Source: Clostridia bacterium (GTDB lineage Bacteria > Bacillota > Clostridia > UBA1381). Taken from it: a stretch of DNA of 64,000 nt. Where the stretch lies: NCBI GenBank assembly GCA_045593305.1, contig JAZNWI010000181.1, positions 8,831 to 72,830 on the forward strand. The letters run 5' to 3'. The notes under the pieces were generated by a model. The model ran no database searches. It was not told the origin of the DNA and saw only the letters and a program-made list of their open reading frames with translations. A program made the translations under genes and the position numbers. The number at the start of each line of letters is the position of its first letter. The stretch's first letter is position 1. Below, one piece after another: positions 27,221 to 37,014 of this stretch.

Positions 27221-28413
27221 ACTCTATGAAAAACCAAAAGTCAAAAAAGGTTATCGCTGTTTTAGCAGTGTTGTGCTCAGCTTTACTGATATTGGCGTTG
27301 GTTAATGAGTTTTTCGGGAATCCTGTTTCGCTTTTGCTTTCAAGAAAAGCAGTAGAAAAATATATTGAAGAAACATATCCCGACAAGAAGTTTTTTGTAG
27401 AAAAAGTAATTTACGACTTTAAAAATATGGAATATATGGCTGAAATTATATCTTCGGAAGATCCTGATATATATTTCTATATTTCTACAGATGCTCTTGG
27501 ACGCAACATTGATGATAACTACAACGTGAATTTTGACGAGGATGGAAACTACGACTACGGTTATTCGTTGACTGTTGATGAATATATTACAAAAATAAAC
27601 GATTTAATTGACCAAGGTGAACTCAAGCGAGCTTTGGCACAAATAAATTTTTTGGAAGAAAATTATTCCGGTGATGTGGGAGCAGAATCAGCGGTTACAG
27701 AGTATTATGATTCAAAGATTTCTTTCGACATATCTTTTAACTGCGGAGCGTGCGACAATGAATTTTACATAACCGATAAAAGTCTCGCATCCTCCGAAAA
27801 AACAATCCGAACCTCTTTTGGTATTATTATCGAAAATGTCCAAAACTCAAAAAGTGAAACAATAGCGGTATTTAATGCCGATTATTCTGCTGAATGGAGC
27901 GGCGGAGAAATTGGTGCGGAAATCATAGACTACCAAAAGGACAGTATTCTTTTTGAAGTTTATTATCCTCCTGTGGGGGATGCGGTGTCGTATATGTATA
28001 AGGCAGATACAAAAGAATTGATTGAATTACAGAAAGACACCACTAAACCCTGCGGAGAGTGGCATATAGTTGATGATAAACTCATTGGCGGCACACAAGC
28101 TCTTTCTGTTGATCAGAAAATAAAACTTTACGCTTATAAGTGGAATGGTGATTTGTTATACACCCTGGAAGATATCCTTTCAGGTTATACAATTTCCGAC
28201 GAATGGTTGTATTTTGCAAAAGTAACCGAAAAAGAAACACAATCTGATTATATAGTTTACAAAATGAAGCTTGACGGAACAGAAATAAGCGAATATTATT
28301 CTGTTTGTCTTCCGAATTATACTGATTTTGCTGTTCGTGATGGCGTTATTTTATGGTGGGAAAACGGAGAAGAAACAGCAATAGACTTGTTTACGCTTCA
28401 ACCTGTAAATTGA
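27217..28413 (+). CDS. hypothetical membrane-anchored protein
   Basis: N-terminal TM or signal anchor VIAVLAVLCSALLILALV. 398 aa. The C-terminal half looks beta-rich. Function unknown. Confidence 0.55.
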   Translation: MNSMKNQKSKKVIAVLAVLCSALLILALVNEFFGNPVSLLLSRKAVEKYIEETYPDKKFFVEKVIYDFKNMEYMAEIISSEDPDIYFYISTDALGRNIDDNYNVNFDEDGNYDYGYSLTVDEYITKINDLIDQGELKRALAQINFLEENYSGDVGAESAVTEYYDSKISFDISFNCGACDNEFYITDKSLASSEKTIRTSFGIIIENVQNSKSETIAVFNADYSAEWSGGEIGAEIIDYQKDSILFEVYYPPVGDAVSYMYKADTKELIELQKDTTKPCGEWHIVDDKLIGGTQALSVDQKIKLYAYKWNGDLLYTLEDILSGYTISDEWLYFAKVTEKETQSDYIVYKMKLDGTEISEYYSVCLPNYTDFAVRDGVILWWENGEETAIDLFTLQPVN

Positions 28414-28456
28414 TTACATATATACTTTAAATACGCTAAGTCAATTTTAAACGTGG

Positions 28457-29068
28457 ATGAATGGGGAAGATATTATGCCGATATTTACAATAACATTTTG
28501 CGTAATTATTTTTATAATCTACATACTTGATAATTTTATAGTAATCCCTAAAACAGAAACAGTTACACTTAAAGAGAAGCTTCTGACAGGGCATAACAAA
28601 GGCTACATAAATCACGCTTTGCATCTTTCGGAAAAGAAAATAAAAAAAGGTCAGGTCTGGCGTCTTGTTTCCTCTGCACTTCTTCACGTTGGAACGGTGC
28701 ATATAATATCAAACATAACTGCAACACTCGTTGTTGGCTATGCTGTCGAATCTCAATTGGGTACATTAAAAACAACCCTTTGCTATATCGGGTCTGCTCT
28801 CATATCGGGATTGTTTATGACATTCGTGTATAAACTCCACGAGGGCGAAGGTGCGTCAACGGGGATTTATGGTCTGATTGCGGTTTTTGTAATGCTTGCC
28901 ATAAAAAACGGAACAGTTTTCTTTTCGCCCGTGTCAACAATAGCGTTGGTAATTTTGGCTATATACACAGTTGGCGGAATGTTTATGGGCAAGGCAACAT
29001 TCTGGGAACACGTATCCGGTTTTGCAGGCGGATTGTTGATGGGATTGATTTTTGTAGTGTTAATGTAA
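28457..29068 (+). CDS. rhomboid family intramembrane serine protease
   Basis: WRLVSSALLHVGTVHIISN and GASTGIYGL (GxSxG) within a polytopic protein. Confidence 0.8.
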   Translation: MNGEDIMPIFTITFCVIIFIIYILDNFIVIPKTETVTLKEKLLTGHNKGYINHALHLSEKKIKKGQVWRLVSSALLHVGTVHIISNITATLVVGYAVESQLGTLKTTLCYIGSALISGLFMTFVYKLHEGEGASTGIYGLIAVFVMLAIKNGTVFFSPVSTIALVILAIYTVGGMFMGKATFWEHVSGFAGGLLMGLIFVVLM

Positions 29069-29161
29069 ATCTCAAAATGAATCTTGAAAACGATTGCAGT
29101 GCTATTCGTTTATGAAATTGTAGAAAATACCGATAACTCAAAAATAAACGGCATTTAATTA

Positions 29162-29203
29162 CCGCCCGAACCCTAATAAAATGAAGGGTTCGGGCGGTTT
29201 TGT
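29162..29203. terminator. Bidirectional Rho-independent terminator between convergent genes
   Basis: 13-bp perfect stem CCGCCCGAACCCT / AGGGTTCGGGCGG followed by TTTTGTGTT. Confidence 0.85.
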
Positions 29204-29225
29204 GTTGAGTAGTATATTCTGTAAA

Positions 29226-30284
29226 TCAAGGTATATCTAAACGCCATTTCTGCTGCATGATAACGGCAGGCGTTTCTTCAGTATCTCTTGCATAAAAAAC
29301 AGTCAACAGACTACCGTCATCAAGCTCAACAGTTGAAGGGTAACCTAAATCGTCTGAGTCGTAATTTTCATAAAGACTGTGTTCTTCGCTCCATGTTTCG
29401 CCGCCGTCTGTGCTGAAAATTACGCGGATTCCGTAGGGGAGTGTTCTGCGCGAAAATGCCGCAATCAATACGCCCGATGAGTGAAGCAATAAGTGTGACG
29501 GCGCGCCGCTGTTGTCGGGGATAATCTGCCGTGGTTTACTCCATGTTTTTCCGTTATCATAAGAAACGGTCTGGAAAAGTGTGAACATAGTTTCTTCGTC
29601 ATTTTCTGCTCGTAAATGGCAAATAATTTTTCCGTCGGGGAGTTGAATAGCATAAGGTTCATAAAAATTGATTTCATCAAAACCATCGGTGGAAATTTCA
29701 CCTTGAAAAGACATATTTCCGTTTTCGGGGTCGATTATATGCGCTTGCAATTGGTTGCGCACTCCTAATACCCTGCCAACCCATAAAATCGTTCCGTCAT
29801 TAAGTTGAACAGGGCCGTGGGGTGATGATATTGGGGATTTATAAATCTTCGAAAAAGACTTACCGTAATCTGTACTTATCCTGAAATTTATGCCGAGAGC
29901 AGCGCCTTCGTCGTATAGAGAAACAGAGTTGATATAGTCAAAGCATTCTTTCGTCTGTAGCATATTGTATCTCTGAAAATCAGTAGAATTATTGAAGGAT
30001 GTTACAATCAAGCCCTTTTCATCGAAAACCGTAAGCCCCACATCTCTGTCATCAAGAACTGTGTCAATAATTATTTCGGGTTTTGAATAATGCTCGCCGT
30101 TATCACCGCTGAAAGAAACAACACCTTTGCCGAATGGGCATATATGCTCTACCCGATAGCCTGAAGCACCTACTGCAATAGTTCCGTTTTGAAGCTTTGC
30201 AATGGTGGGCCAGGCAAAATAAGAATGAGGACCCTCGGGATTGCTCATTATAATTTTTGCAGGCCCCATTAATTTAATATTCAC
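29226..30284 (-). CDS. BNR/Asp-box repeat glycosidase (sialidase-like)
   Basis: Asp-box repeats SGDNGEHYS, STDYGKSFS, SYDNGKTWS, STDGGETWS. Start is uncertain: GTG 30284 lies behind AGAGGTGA, while the ORF extends to TTG 30359. Confidence 0.75.
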   Translation of the reverse strand: MNIKLMGPAKIIMSNPEGPHSYFAWPTIAKLQNGTIAVGASGYRVEHICPFGKGVVSFSGDNGEHYSKPEIIIDTVLDDRDVGLTVFDEKGLIVTSFNNSTDFQRYNMLQTKECFDYINSVSLYDEGAALGINFRISTDYGKSFSKIYKSPISSPHGPVQLNDGTILWVGRVLGVRNQLQAHIIDPENGNMSFQGEISTDGFDEINFYEPYAIQLPDGKIICHLRAENDEETMFTLFQTVSYDNGKTWSKPRQIIPDNSGAPSHLLLHSSGVLIAAFSRRTLPYGIRVIFSTDGGETWSEEHSLYENYDSDDLGYPSTVELDDGSLLTVFYARDTEETPAVIMQQKWRLDIP

Positions 30285-30390
30285 AGATATATTCACCTCT
30301 TGTTGTGTTATTGGATTGACTAAATTTATTTTATATAAAACTCTTGTTTGTGTCAACAAAGAGAGGTTTAAAACTAAAACATTAACTTTA

Positions 30391-31080
30391 TTAATCCAAT
30401 ATTCTGCCGTCGGTAGAGATGGTTACAACTCTCCAAGGAATGAATTTCCCGCTTGCTTGCAACGCTCTTTTTACAGCATTTTCAATACCGCCGCAACAAG
30501 GAACTTCCATACGAACGATGGTGACGCTTTTAATATTGTTGTTTGCAATGATTGCAGTCAGTTTATCTGTATAGTCGCCTTCATCAAGCTTCGGACATCC
30601 GATGAGAGTAATGTGATTGCGAATAAAATCGTTGTGGAAGTTGCCGTAGGCGAAAGCTGTGCAGTCAGCCGCAACCAAAAGATTTGCGCCGTCAAAGTAT
30701 GGTGCATTTACGGGAACGAGTTTAATCTGAACGGGCCATTGTGAGAGTTGGCTTGTGGCAGGTGCAGATGTTGGTACGGCACAAGCCTCTCGTTTGATAG
30801 CTTTTGAAGCCGTTCCGGGACAACCGCAGGGTAGCGGTGCCTTCTTTTGCTTAGCTGCAAGAACTGCCGCTTCATCGTATGCCGGCGCTTCTCTTTCTTC
30901 AAAGGTAATGGCATCTACGGGACACGCCGGCAGACAATCGCCGAGTCCGTCGCAGTAATTCTCGCGGGTAAGCTTTGCCTTGCCGTTTATCATTTCAATA
31001 GCACCTTCGTGACAAGCAGCGGCACAAGCACCGCAACCATTGCATTTATCTTCATCTATTTTTATTATTTTTCTTATCAT
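30391..31080 (-). CDS. 4Fe-4S dicluster ferredoxin-domain protein with Cys-rich C-terminal domain
   Basis: CNGCGACAAACHEGA and CDGLGDCLPACPVDA motifs. AGAGGTGA RBS. Confidence 0.8.
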   Translation of the reverse strand: MIRKIIKIDEDKCNGCGACAAACHEGAIEMINGKAKLTRENYCDGLGDCLPACPVDAITFEEREAPAYDEAAVLAAKQKKAPLPCGCPGTASKAIKREACAVPTSAPATSQLSQWPVQIKLVPVNAPYFDGANLLVAADCTAFAYGNFHNDFIRNHITLIGCPKLDEGDYTDKLTAIIANNNIKSVTIVRMEVPCCGGIENAVKRALQASGKFIPWRVVTISTDGRILD

Positions 31081-31169
31081 AAAAATTTCACCTCTATTGA
31101 TTTTGTGATTTCATTATAGTAGAATAATAAAAACAAGTCTGTTGTATTTACAACGAAAGAGGTGGGTTT

Positions 31170-31829
31170 TTGAAAAAATATATTCCCGTTTTGAAAAGAA
31201 CGAAAATGTTTTCGGGCGTAGGTGAAAGTGATGTTGAAGCAATGCTCAGTTGCCTTGGAGCAAGGCTTGGTGAATATAAAAAAGGGGCTTTTGTGTTAAG
31301 ACAGGGCGAGCACATTAACGATATTATGGTTTTGGTTGAAGGTGGTTTGCATATTCAAAAGGACGATTATTGGGGTAATCGCAGTATTCTGGGTAATATA
31401 GCAGTTGGCGAAATGTTTGGCGAAGCGTATGTTGCGCCTGAAAGCGGAGCTCTTCTTAATGATGTTGTGGCTGTTGAGGACAGTGCGGTGATATTCTTTG
31501 ATGTGAATCGTGTTATAACCACCTGCCCGTCGGCTTGCCGTTTTCACGCTATGGTGGTACAGAATATGTTTTTCGCAATTTCAGAGAAAAACAGAAAGCT
31601 TGTACAAAAGCTTGGTCATATGTCTAAACGCACCACAAGAGAAAAGTTGATTTCATATTTGTCCGAAGAGGCTAAAAAGCAAAATAGCTCAATATTTACC
31701 ATTCCCTTTAACCGTCAACAGCTTGCAGATTTCTTATCTGTTGACAGAAGTGCTATGTCAAACGAGCTTTGTAAAATGCGTGATGAGGGAATGTTGAAGT
31801 TTGAGAGAAATCGGTTTGAATTACAATAA
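31170..31829 (+). CDS. Crp/Fnr family transcriptional regulator
   Basis: cNMP-binding-like N-terminal domain. C-terminal HTH RQQLADFLSVDRSAMSNELCKMRDEG. TTG start behind AAGAGGTGGG. Confidence 0.85.
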   Translation: MKKYIPVLKRTKMFSGVGESDVEAMLSCLGARLGEYKKGAFVLRQGEHINDIMVLVEGGLHIQKDDYWGNRSILGNIAVGEMFGEAYVAPESGALLNDVVAVEDSAVIFFDVNRVITTCPSACRFHAMVVQNMFFAISEKNRKLVQKLGHMSKRTTREKLISYLSEEAKKQNSSIFTIPFNRQQLADFLSVDRSAMSNELCKMRDEGMLKFERNRFELQ

Positions 31830-31897
31830 CCTTTATACTGATTGATTTTTATATGACAAGATGGTATAATTACGAAAACAGCGGGTGGTGAGCAGAT

Positions 31898-32827
31898 TTG
31901 AACTTGTTACATATGAAATATGCCGTTGAGGTTGCCAAATTAGGCTCTTTAGGTAAAGCGTCTGAAACCTTGCTTATTGCAACACCGAATATAAGCCGCT
32001 CAATAAAAGAGCTTGAAACAGATTTGGGAATAACTATTTTTGAGCGTACCACTAAAGGTATGGAGCTTACTCCGGAAGGGGAGGAATTCATACATTTCGC
32101 CAAGGGAATCCTCGGTCATATTGAACATGTTGAGGATTTCTATAAAAAAGGTGCGGTTAAAAAGCAGGAGTTTTCAATATCTGTTCCTCGAGCTTGTTAT
32201 ATTTCCGAGGCGTTCGCAGAATTTTCAAAATCGCTCTCAAAAGACGCGGCGGAAATATTCTATAAGGAAACTAACTCGCAGCGCACCATTCGCAATATGG
32301 TTGAGCACGATTATAAATTAGGTATTATACGCTATGCTGAAAACTATGATAAATACTTTAAAGCTATGCTTGAAGAAAAAGGCTTTCAGTATGAATTGGT
32401 AACGGAGTTTACTTATTCACTTATAATGAGTGCAGATAACCCGTTGGCAAAAAAAGAAACAATTACCTACGATGATTTAAGTGATTATATCGAAATAGCT
32501 CATGCTGACCCCTATGTTCCTTCAATGCCGTTATCGAAGGTCGTTAAAGAGGAGCTTCCCAACAACATAGATCGCAGAATCTTTATTTTTGAAAGAGCAA
32601 GTCAGTTTGATTTATTATCTATGAACCCCGAAACATTTATGTGGGTTTCGTCTGCACCAAAAAGTCTTCTTGAACGCTATAACCTGGTTCAGAAGAAATG
32701 TGGCGATAATAAAAAGGTATATAAAGATGTTTTGATTTATAAAAATGGTTATAAGCTTTCAAAACTTGACCGCCAATTTATTACTGCCCTGTGTGAATCA
32801 AAAAGAAAACATCTTAAAATGAATTAA
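31898..32827 (+). CDS. LysR family transcriptional regulator
   Basis: N-terminal HTH MKYAVEVAKLGSLGKASETLLIATPNISRSIKELE. 309 aa. TTG start behind GGTGGTGAG. Confidence 0.85.
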   Translation: MNLLHMKYAVEVAKLGSLGKASETLLIATPNISRSIKELETDLGITIFERTTKGMELTPEGEEFIHFAKGILGHIEHVEDFYKKGAVKKQEFSISVPRACYISEAFAEFSKSLSKDAAEIFYKETNSQRTIRNMVEHDYKLGIIRYAENYDKYFKAMLEEKGFQYELVTEFTYSLIMSADNPLAKKETITYDDLSDYIEIAHADPYVPSMPLSKVVKEELPNNIDRRIFIFERASQFDLLSMNPETFMWVSSAPKSLLERYNLVQKKCGDNKKVYKDVLIYKNGYKLSKLDRQFITALCESKRKHLKMN

Positions 32828-32832
32828 TTTTT

Positions 32833-32866
32833 AACCGATTTGAGTAAAACTCAAGTCGGTTTTTTC
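32833..32866 (+). terminator. Rho-independent terminator after the LysR gene
   Basis: AACCGATTTGAG / CTCAAGTCGGTT stem followed by TTTTT. Confidence 0.85.
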
Positions 32867-32876
32867 ATATGTTTTT

Positions 32877-32900
32877 GGTGTTATCATTTTTGATAACACC
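32877..32900. promoter_or_regulatory. Perfect 10-4-10 palindrome GGTGTTATCA-TTTT-TGATAACACC
   Basis: Read directly. Lies between the LysR terminator and adhE, 117 nt upstream of the adhE ATG. Confidence 0.4.
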
Positions 32901-32937
32901 GGTTATATGTTTTAAGAATTCCATAATCCTTTTAAGG

Positions 32938-32955
32938 TTGTTAAAATAATAACAA
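32938..32955. promoter_or_regulatory. Rex-like operator TTGTTAAAATAATAACAA
   Basis: 17 of 18 positions fit the clostridial Rex consensus TTGTTAA-N4-TTAACAA. Lies 62 nt upstream of the adhE start. Confidence 0.55.
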
Positions 32956-33016
32956 AGTTAACCGAGGGCGCAGTATGCACCCGATTAAATCAGTAATAAT
33001 TATTAGGAGGATATAT

Positions 33017-35716
33017 ATGGACACCAAGTACGAAATTGTTGATTGCGTTGAAAAGCTCCAGGAAGCTATTGAACGCACAAGAGAGGCACAAAAGAAATTT
33101 GCAACCTACACTCAGGAGCAGGTAGATAAAATCTTTTTAGCTGCTGCTTCCGCCGCAAACAAAGCAAGAATTCCTCTTGCAAAAATGGCAGTTGAAGAAA
33201 CAGGTATGGGTATTGTAGAAGATAAGGTTATTAAGAATAACTATGCTTCCGAATATATCTACAATGCTTATAAGAATACAAAGACTTGCGGTGTAATTGA
33301 AGAAGACAAGGCTTTCGGTACTAAAAAAATTGCAGAGCCTATCGGTGTTATCGCTGCGGTTATTCCCACAACAAACCCCACATCAACAGCAATTTTCAAA
33401 TGTCTTATTGCTCTTAAAACAAGAAACGCTATTATAATCTCTCCTCACCCCAGAGCAAAGAACTGCACAATTGCCGCAGCAAAGCTTGTGCTTGAAGCAG
33501 CAGTAGAAGCAGGCGCTCCCGAAGGAATTATCGACTGGATTGATGTTCCTTCTCTCGAAATGACAAATACTGTAATGAAAGAAGCAGATATAATTCTCGC
33601 AACAGGCGGCCCCGGCATGGTTAAAGCGGCTTATTCAAGCGGCAAACCCGCCCTCGGCGTTGGTGCAGGTAACACTCCTGCAATTATTGATGACAGTGCA
33701 GATATTCTTCTTGCGGTTAACTCAATTATTCATTCAAAAACATTCGATAATGGTATGATTTGTGCTTCTGAGCAGTCAGTTATTGTTCTCGAAAGTGTTT
33801 ATGATGCAGTAAAAACAGAATTTGCAAGTCGCGGTTGCTATTTCCTTGATGCTGCAGAAACTGAAAAGGTAAGAAAAACAATTATCATCAACGGCGCCCT
33901 TAATGCAAAAATCGTTGGTCAGAGCGCTGCAAAGATTGCAGAGCTTTCGGGTGTAACTGTTCCCGAAGGAACAAAAATTCTTATCGGTGAAGTTGAAAGC
34001 GTTGAGCTTTCTGAAGAATTCGCTCACGAAAAGCTTTCACCCGTACTTGCAATGTATAAGGCTACCTCTTTCGAGGATGCACTTTCAAAGGCAGAACACC
34101 TTGTTGCTGACGGTGGTTACGGTCACACATCTTCTGTTTACCTTAACGAGGTTACAGAAACTGAGAAGCTTAATGAGTTTGCAGCACGTATGAAAACTTG
34201 CCGTATCCTTGTCAACACACCTTCATCACACGGTGGTATCGGCGACCTTTACAACTTCAAGCTTGCTCCGTCACTTACTCTCGGTTGCGGTTCCTGGGGC
34301 GGTAACTCAGTATCAGAAAACGTTGGTGTAAGACACCTTATAAATATTAAAACTGTTGCAGAAAGAAGGGAGAATATGCTTTGGTTCAGAGCACCCGAAA
34401 AGGTATATATTAAGAAAGGATGCTTACCGGTTGCTCTCGATGAACTCAGAAGCGTAAGAGGCGCTAAAAAAGCATTCATCGTAACAGATACCTTCCTTTA
34501 TGAAAACGGCTATACAAAGCCTATTACAGATAAGCTTGATGAAATGGGTATTGCTCATACAACATTCTTTGATGTTCAGCCTGACCCCACTCTCAAAAAT
34601 GCAAAAAGCGGTGCGGCTCAGATGGCAGCATTCAAGCCCGATACAATTATCGCTCTCGGCGGTGGTTCTGCAATGGACGCTGCTAAGATTATGTGGGTTC
34701 TTTATGAACACCCCGAAGCAGACTTTATGGATATGGCAATGCGTTTCATTGATATCCGTAAGCGTGTATATACTTTCCCCAAGATGGGCGAAAAGGCATA
34801 TTTCATTGCTGTTCCCACATCTGCAGGTACAGGCTCGGAGGTAACACCTTTCGCAGTTATCACAGACGAAACAACAGGTGTTAAATATCCTCTTGCAGAC
34901 TACGAGCTTCTTCCCAATATGGCAATTATCGATACCGATTTCCATATGTCAGCACCTAAGGGTCTTACAGCGGCTTCAGGTATAGATGCTGTAACTCACG
35001 CAGTAGAAGCATACGCAGCAATGCTTGCAACAGATTACACAGACGGCCTTGCATTACAGGCACTTAAAAATATCTTCAAATATCTTCCCCGTGCATACGA
35101 AAACGGTCAGACCGATGTTGAAGCAAGAGAAAAAATGGCTAATGCCGCAACAATGGCAGGTATGGCTTTTGCTAACGCCTTCCTCGGTATTTGTCACTCA
35201 ATGGCACATAAGCTTGGTGCTTTCCACCACCTTCCACACGGTGTAGCAAACGCACTTATGATTGAAGAAGTTCTTCGTTTCAACGCAAGCGAAGCGCCTG
35301 CAAAAATGGGTACATTCTCACAGTATGACCATCCCCATACTCTTGCACGCTATGCAGAAATTGCAGATTACCTCGGTCTCGGCGGTAATAACGACAACGA
35401 AAAGCTTGAAAACCTTATCAAAGCTATTAACGACCTTAAAGCAAGGGTTGGCATTAAAGAAACAATTAAGGACTACGGTGTTGACGAAAAAGCATTCCTT
35501 GACAATCTTGATGAAATGGTTGAACAGGCATTTGACGACCAGTGCACAGGAGCTAACCCCCGTTATCCTCTTATGAGCGAAATCAAAGAAATGTATCTCA
35601 ATGCTTACTACGGCAAGCATTTCACAGAAAAAGCAATGCCCACTGCAGCAGATGTTGCAACAGGCATGACTGCAAACGCAGTTAAAGCACCTTACACAAA
35701 GGGTAAAAAGGCATAA
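33017..35716 (+). CDS. adhE: bifunctional acetaldehyde-CoA/alcohol dehydrogenase AdhE
   Basis: AGGAGG RBS. N-terminal ALDH domain plus C-terminal Fe-ADH domain (GGGSAMDAAK, CHSMAHKLGAFHHLPHG). 899 aa. Confidence 0.95.
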   Translation: MDTKYEIVDCVEKLQEAIERTREAQKKFATYTQEQVDKIFLAAASAANKARIPLAKMAVEETGMGIVEDKVIKNNYASEYIYNAYKNTKTCGVIEEDKAFGTKKIAEPIGVIAAVIPTTNPTSTAIFKCLIALKTRNAIIISPHPRAKNCTIAAAKLVLEAAVEAGAPEGIIDWIDVPSLEMTNTVMKEADIILATGGPGMVKAAYSSGKPALGVGAGNTPAIIDDSADILLAVNSIIHSKTFDNGMICASEQSVIVLESVYDAVKTEFASRGCYFLDAAETEKVRKTIIINGALNAKIVGQSAAKIAELSGVTVPEGTKILIGEVESVELSEEFAHEKLSPVLAMYKATSFEDALSKAEHLVADGGYGHTSSVYLNEVTETEKLNEFAARMKTCRILVNTPSSHGGIGDLYNFKLAPSLTLGCGSWGGNSVSENVGVRHLINIKTVAERRENMLWFRAPEKVYIKKGCLPVALDELRSVRGAKKAFIVTDTFLYENGYTKPITDKLDEMGIAHTTFFDVQPDPTLKNAKSGAAQMAAFKPDTIIALGGGSAMDAAKIMWVLYEHPEADFMDMAMRFIDIRKRVYTFPKMGEKAYFIAVPTSAGTGSEVTPFAVITDETTGVKYPLADYELLPNMAIIDTDFHMSAPKGLTAASGIDAVTHAVEAYAAMLATDYTDGLALQALKNIFKYLPRAYENGQTDVEAREKMANAATMAGMAFANAFLGICHSMAHKLGAFHHLPHGVANALMIEEVLRFNASEAPAKMGTFSQYDHPHTLARYAEIADYLGLGGNNDNEKLENLIKAINDLKARVGIKETIKDYGVDEKAFLDNLDEMVEQAFDDQCTGANPRYPLMSEIKEMYLNAYYGKHFTEKAMPTAADVATGMTANAVKAPYTKGKKA

Positions 35717-35734
35717 GAGAAGGGAGAAATAAAA

Positions 35735-36484
35735 ATGAAACTTGATAGAGTTATTGCAGTAAGAAACGATAAGACTATTTACCGCGACGGTGACAAGTGC
35801 GTTAAGGTTTTTAACGCCGATTATTCAAAAGCAGATGTTCTTAACGAAGCTTTAAATCAGGCAAGAATCGAAGAAACAGGTCTTAATATTCCTAAAATCG
35901 TAGAAGTTACAATGGTTGAGGGCAAATGGGCTATTGTTTCTGAATACATCAAGGGTAAAACTCTCCAACAGCTTATGGAAGAGGATGTAGAGAAAAAGGA
36001 TGAATACATCAATCTTCTCGTTGATATTCAGTTGAATGTTCACTCAAAGGTTTGTCCCTTGCTCAATAAATTAAAAGATAAAATGAACCGTAAAATCAGT
36101 GCTTCTGAGCTTGATGCTACAACTCGCTATGACCTTCACACAAGACTCGAAGGTATGCCTAAGCACAACAAAGTTTGCCACGGCGACTTTAACCCCTCAA
36201 ACATTATTATTGCTGAGGACGGAACTCCCTATATTTTGGACTGGTCTCACGCAACACAGGGTAATGCTTCTGCAGATGCCGCAAGAACATACCTTCTTTT
36301 CTGGCTTAACGGTGACATCGAAGGTGCTAAAAAATATCTTGATTTGTTCTGTGAAAAGAGCAACACCGCAAAGCAGTACGTACAGAAATGGATGCCCATC
36401 GTTGCCGCTTCCCAGTCAGTTAAGGGTAACGAAAAGGAACGCGAATTCCTTCTTTCCTGGGTAAATGTTGTTGATTACGAATAA
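35735..36484 (+). CDS. protein-kinase-like phosphotransferase (APH/choline-kinase fold)
   Basis: Brenner-type motif CHGDFNPSNIII followed by ILDWSHA. 249 aa. Confidence 0.75.
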   Translation: MKLDRVIAVRNDKTIYRDGDKCVKVFNADYSKADVLNEALNQARIEETGLNIPKIVEVTMVEGKWAIVSEYIKGKTLQQLMEEDVEKKDEYINLLVDIQLNVHSKVCPLLNKLKDKMNRKISASELDATTRYDLHTRLEGMPKHNKVCHGDFNPSNIIIAEDGTPYILDWSHATQGNASADAARTYLLFWLNGDIEGAKKYLDLFCEKSNTAKQYVQKWMPIVAASQSVKGNEKEREFLLSWVNVVDYE

Positions 36485-36505
36485 GAAATAAGCGAGGGTA
36501 TAAAA

Positions 36506-36745
36506 ATGAAAATTACAGTTTGTATTGGTAGTTCTTGCCATATTAAAGGTTCACGTCAGGTTGTTGAACAGCTTCAGTATCTTATCAAGGAAAACAACTT
36601 AGGTGATAAGGTTGAGTTAGGCGGCACATTTTGTATGGGTAAATGTCAGCAGGGTGTTTGCGTAACTGTTAACGATGAGTTTTATTCAGTAACACCCGAA
36701 ACAGTAACCGAGTTTTTTGAAGAAAACGTAAAAGGAAAGATATAA
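36506..36745 (+). CDS. thioredoxin-like [2Fe-2S] ferredoxin (NuoE/HydC-like small protein)
   Basis: CIGSSCHIKGS ... FCMGKC four-Cys pattern. 79 aa. Confidence 0.7.
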   Translation: MKITVCIGSSCHIKGSRQVVEQLQYLIKENNLGDKVELGGTFCMGKCQQGVCVTVNDEFYSVTPETVTEFFEENVKGKI

Positions 36746-36747
36746 AA

Positions 36748-37008
36748 ATGATTATTCAGGTTTGTGTGGGCAGTTCTTGCCACTTGAAAGGCTCAGCAGA
36801 TATTGTTGAACTTTTACAAAAAGCCGTTGAAGATTATCATTTGGAAAAAGAGGTAACACTTGTCGGTAGCTTTTGCATCGGCAAGTGTAACCGCGTAGGG
36901 GTAACAGTTCAGGTAGATGATAACATTTATACAGGTGTTACCAGAGAAAACTTCAAGGAATTTCTTAATGATAATGTTTTATCCAATCTAAAAAGTGAAG
37001 GGATGTAA
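36748..37008 (+). CDS. thioredoxin-like [2Fe-2S] ferredoxin (paralog)
   Basis: CVGSSCHLKGS ... FCIGKC pattern. 86 aa. Confidence 0.7.
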   Translation: MIIQVCVGSSCHLKGSADIVELLQKAVEDYHLEKEVTLVGSFCIGKCNRVGVTVQVDDNIYTGVTRENFKEFLNDNVLSNLKSEGM

Positions 37009-37014
37009 CGGGAG

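Noticed and set aside
30241-30744. 167-aa plus-strand ORF spanning the junction of the BNR and ferredoxin-domain genes
   Set aside because: It overlaps two strongly supported minus-strand genes and their intergenic region. There are no motifs and no RBS.
31141-31154. Palindrome GTTGT-ATTT-ACAAC just upstream of the Crp/Fnr gene, considered as an FNR/CRP/HcpR box
   Set aside because: The half-site spacing (TGT-N4-ACA) is much shorter than that of the CRP/FNR family (TGTGA-N6-TCACA or TTGAT-N4-ATCAA). Only a lone TGTGA half-site occurs nearby at about 31104. This is not enough to call an operator.
34424-34945. 173-aa antisense ORF inside adhE. Similar long antisense ORFs: 44587-45150 inside the FAD oxidoreductase, 47407-48003 inside GH92, 22785-23225 inside GH5, 61831-62313 inside the SNF2 gene, 2671-3096 in the T7SS region.
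   Set aside because: Each lies fully within a well-supported gene on the opposite strand. They have Cys/Phe/Ile-rich nonsense-like composition and lack an RBS. These are typical shadow ORFs of AT-rich DNA.
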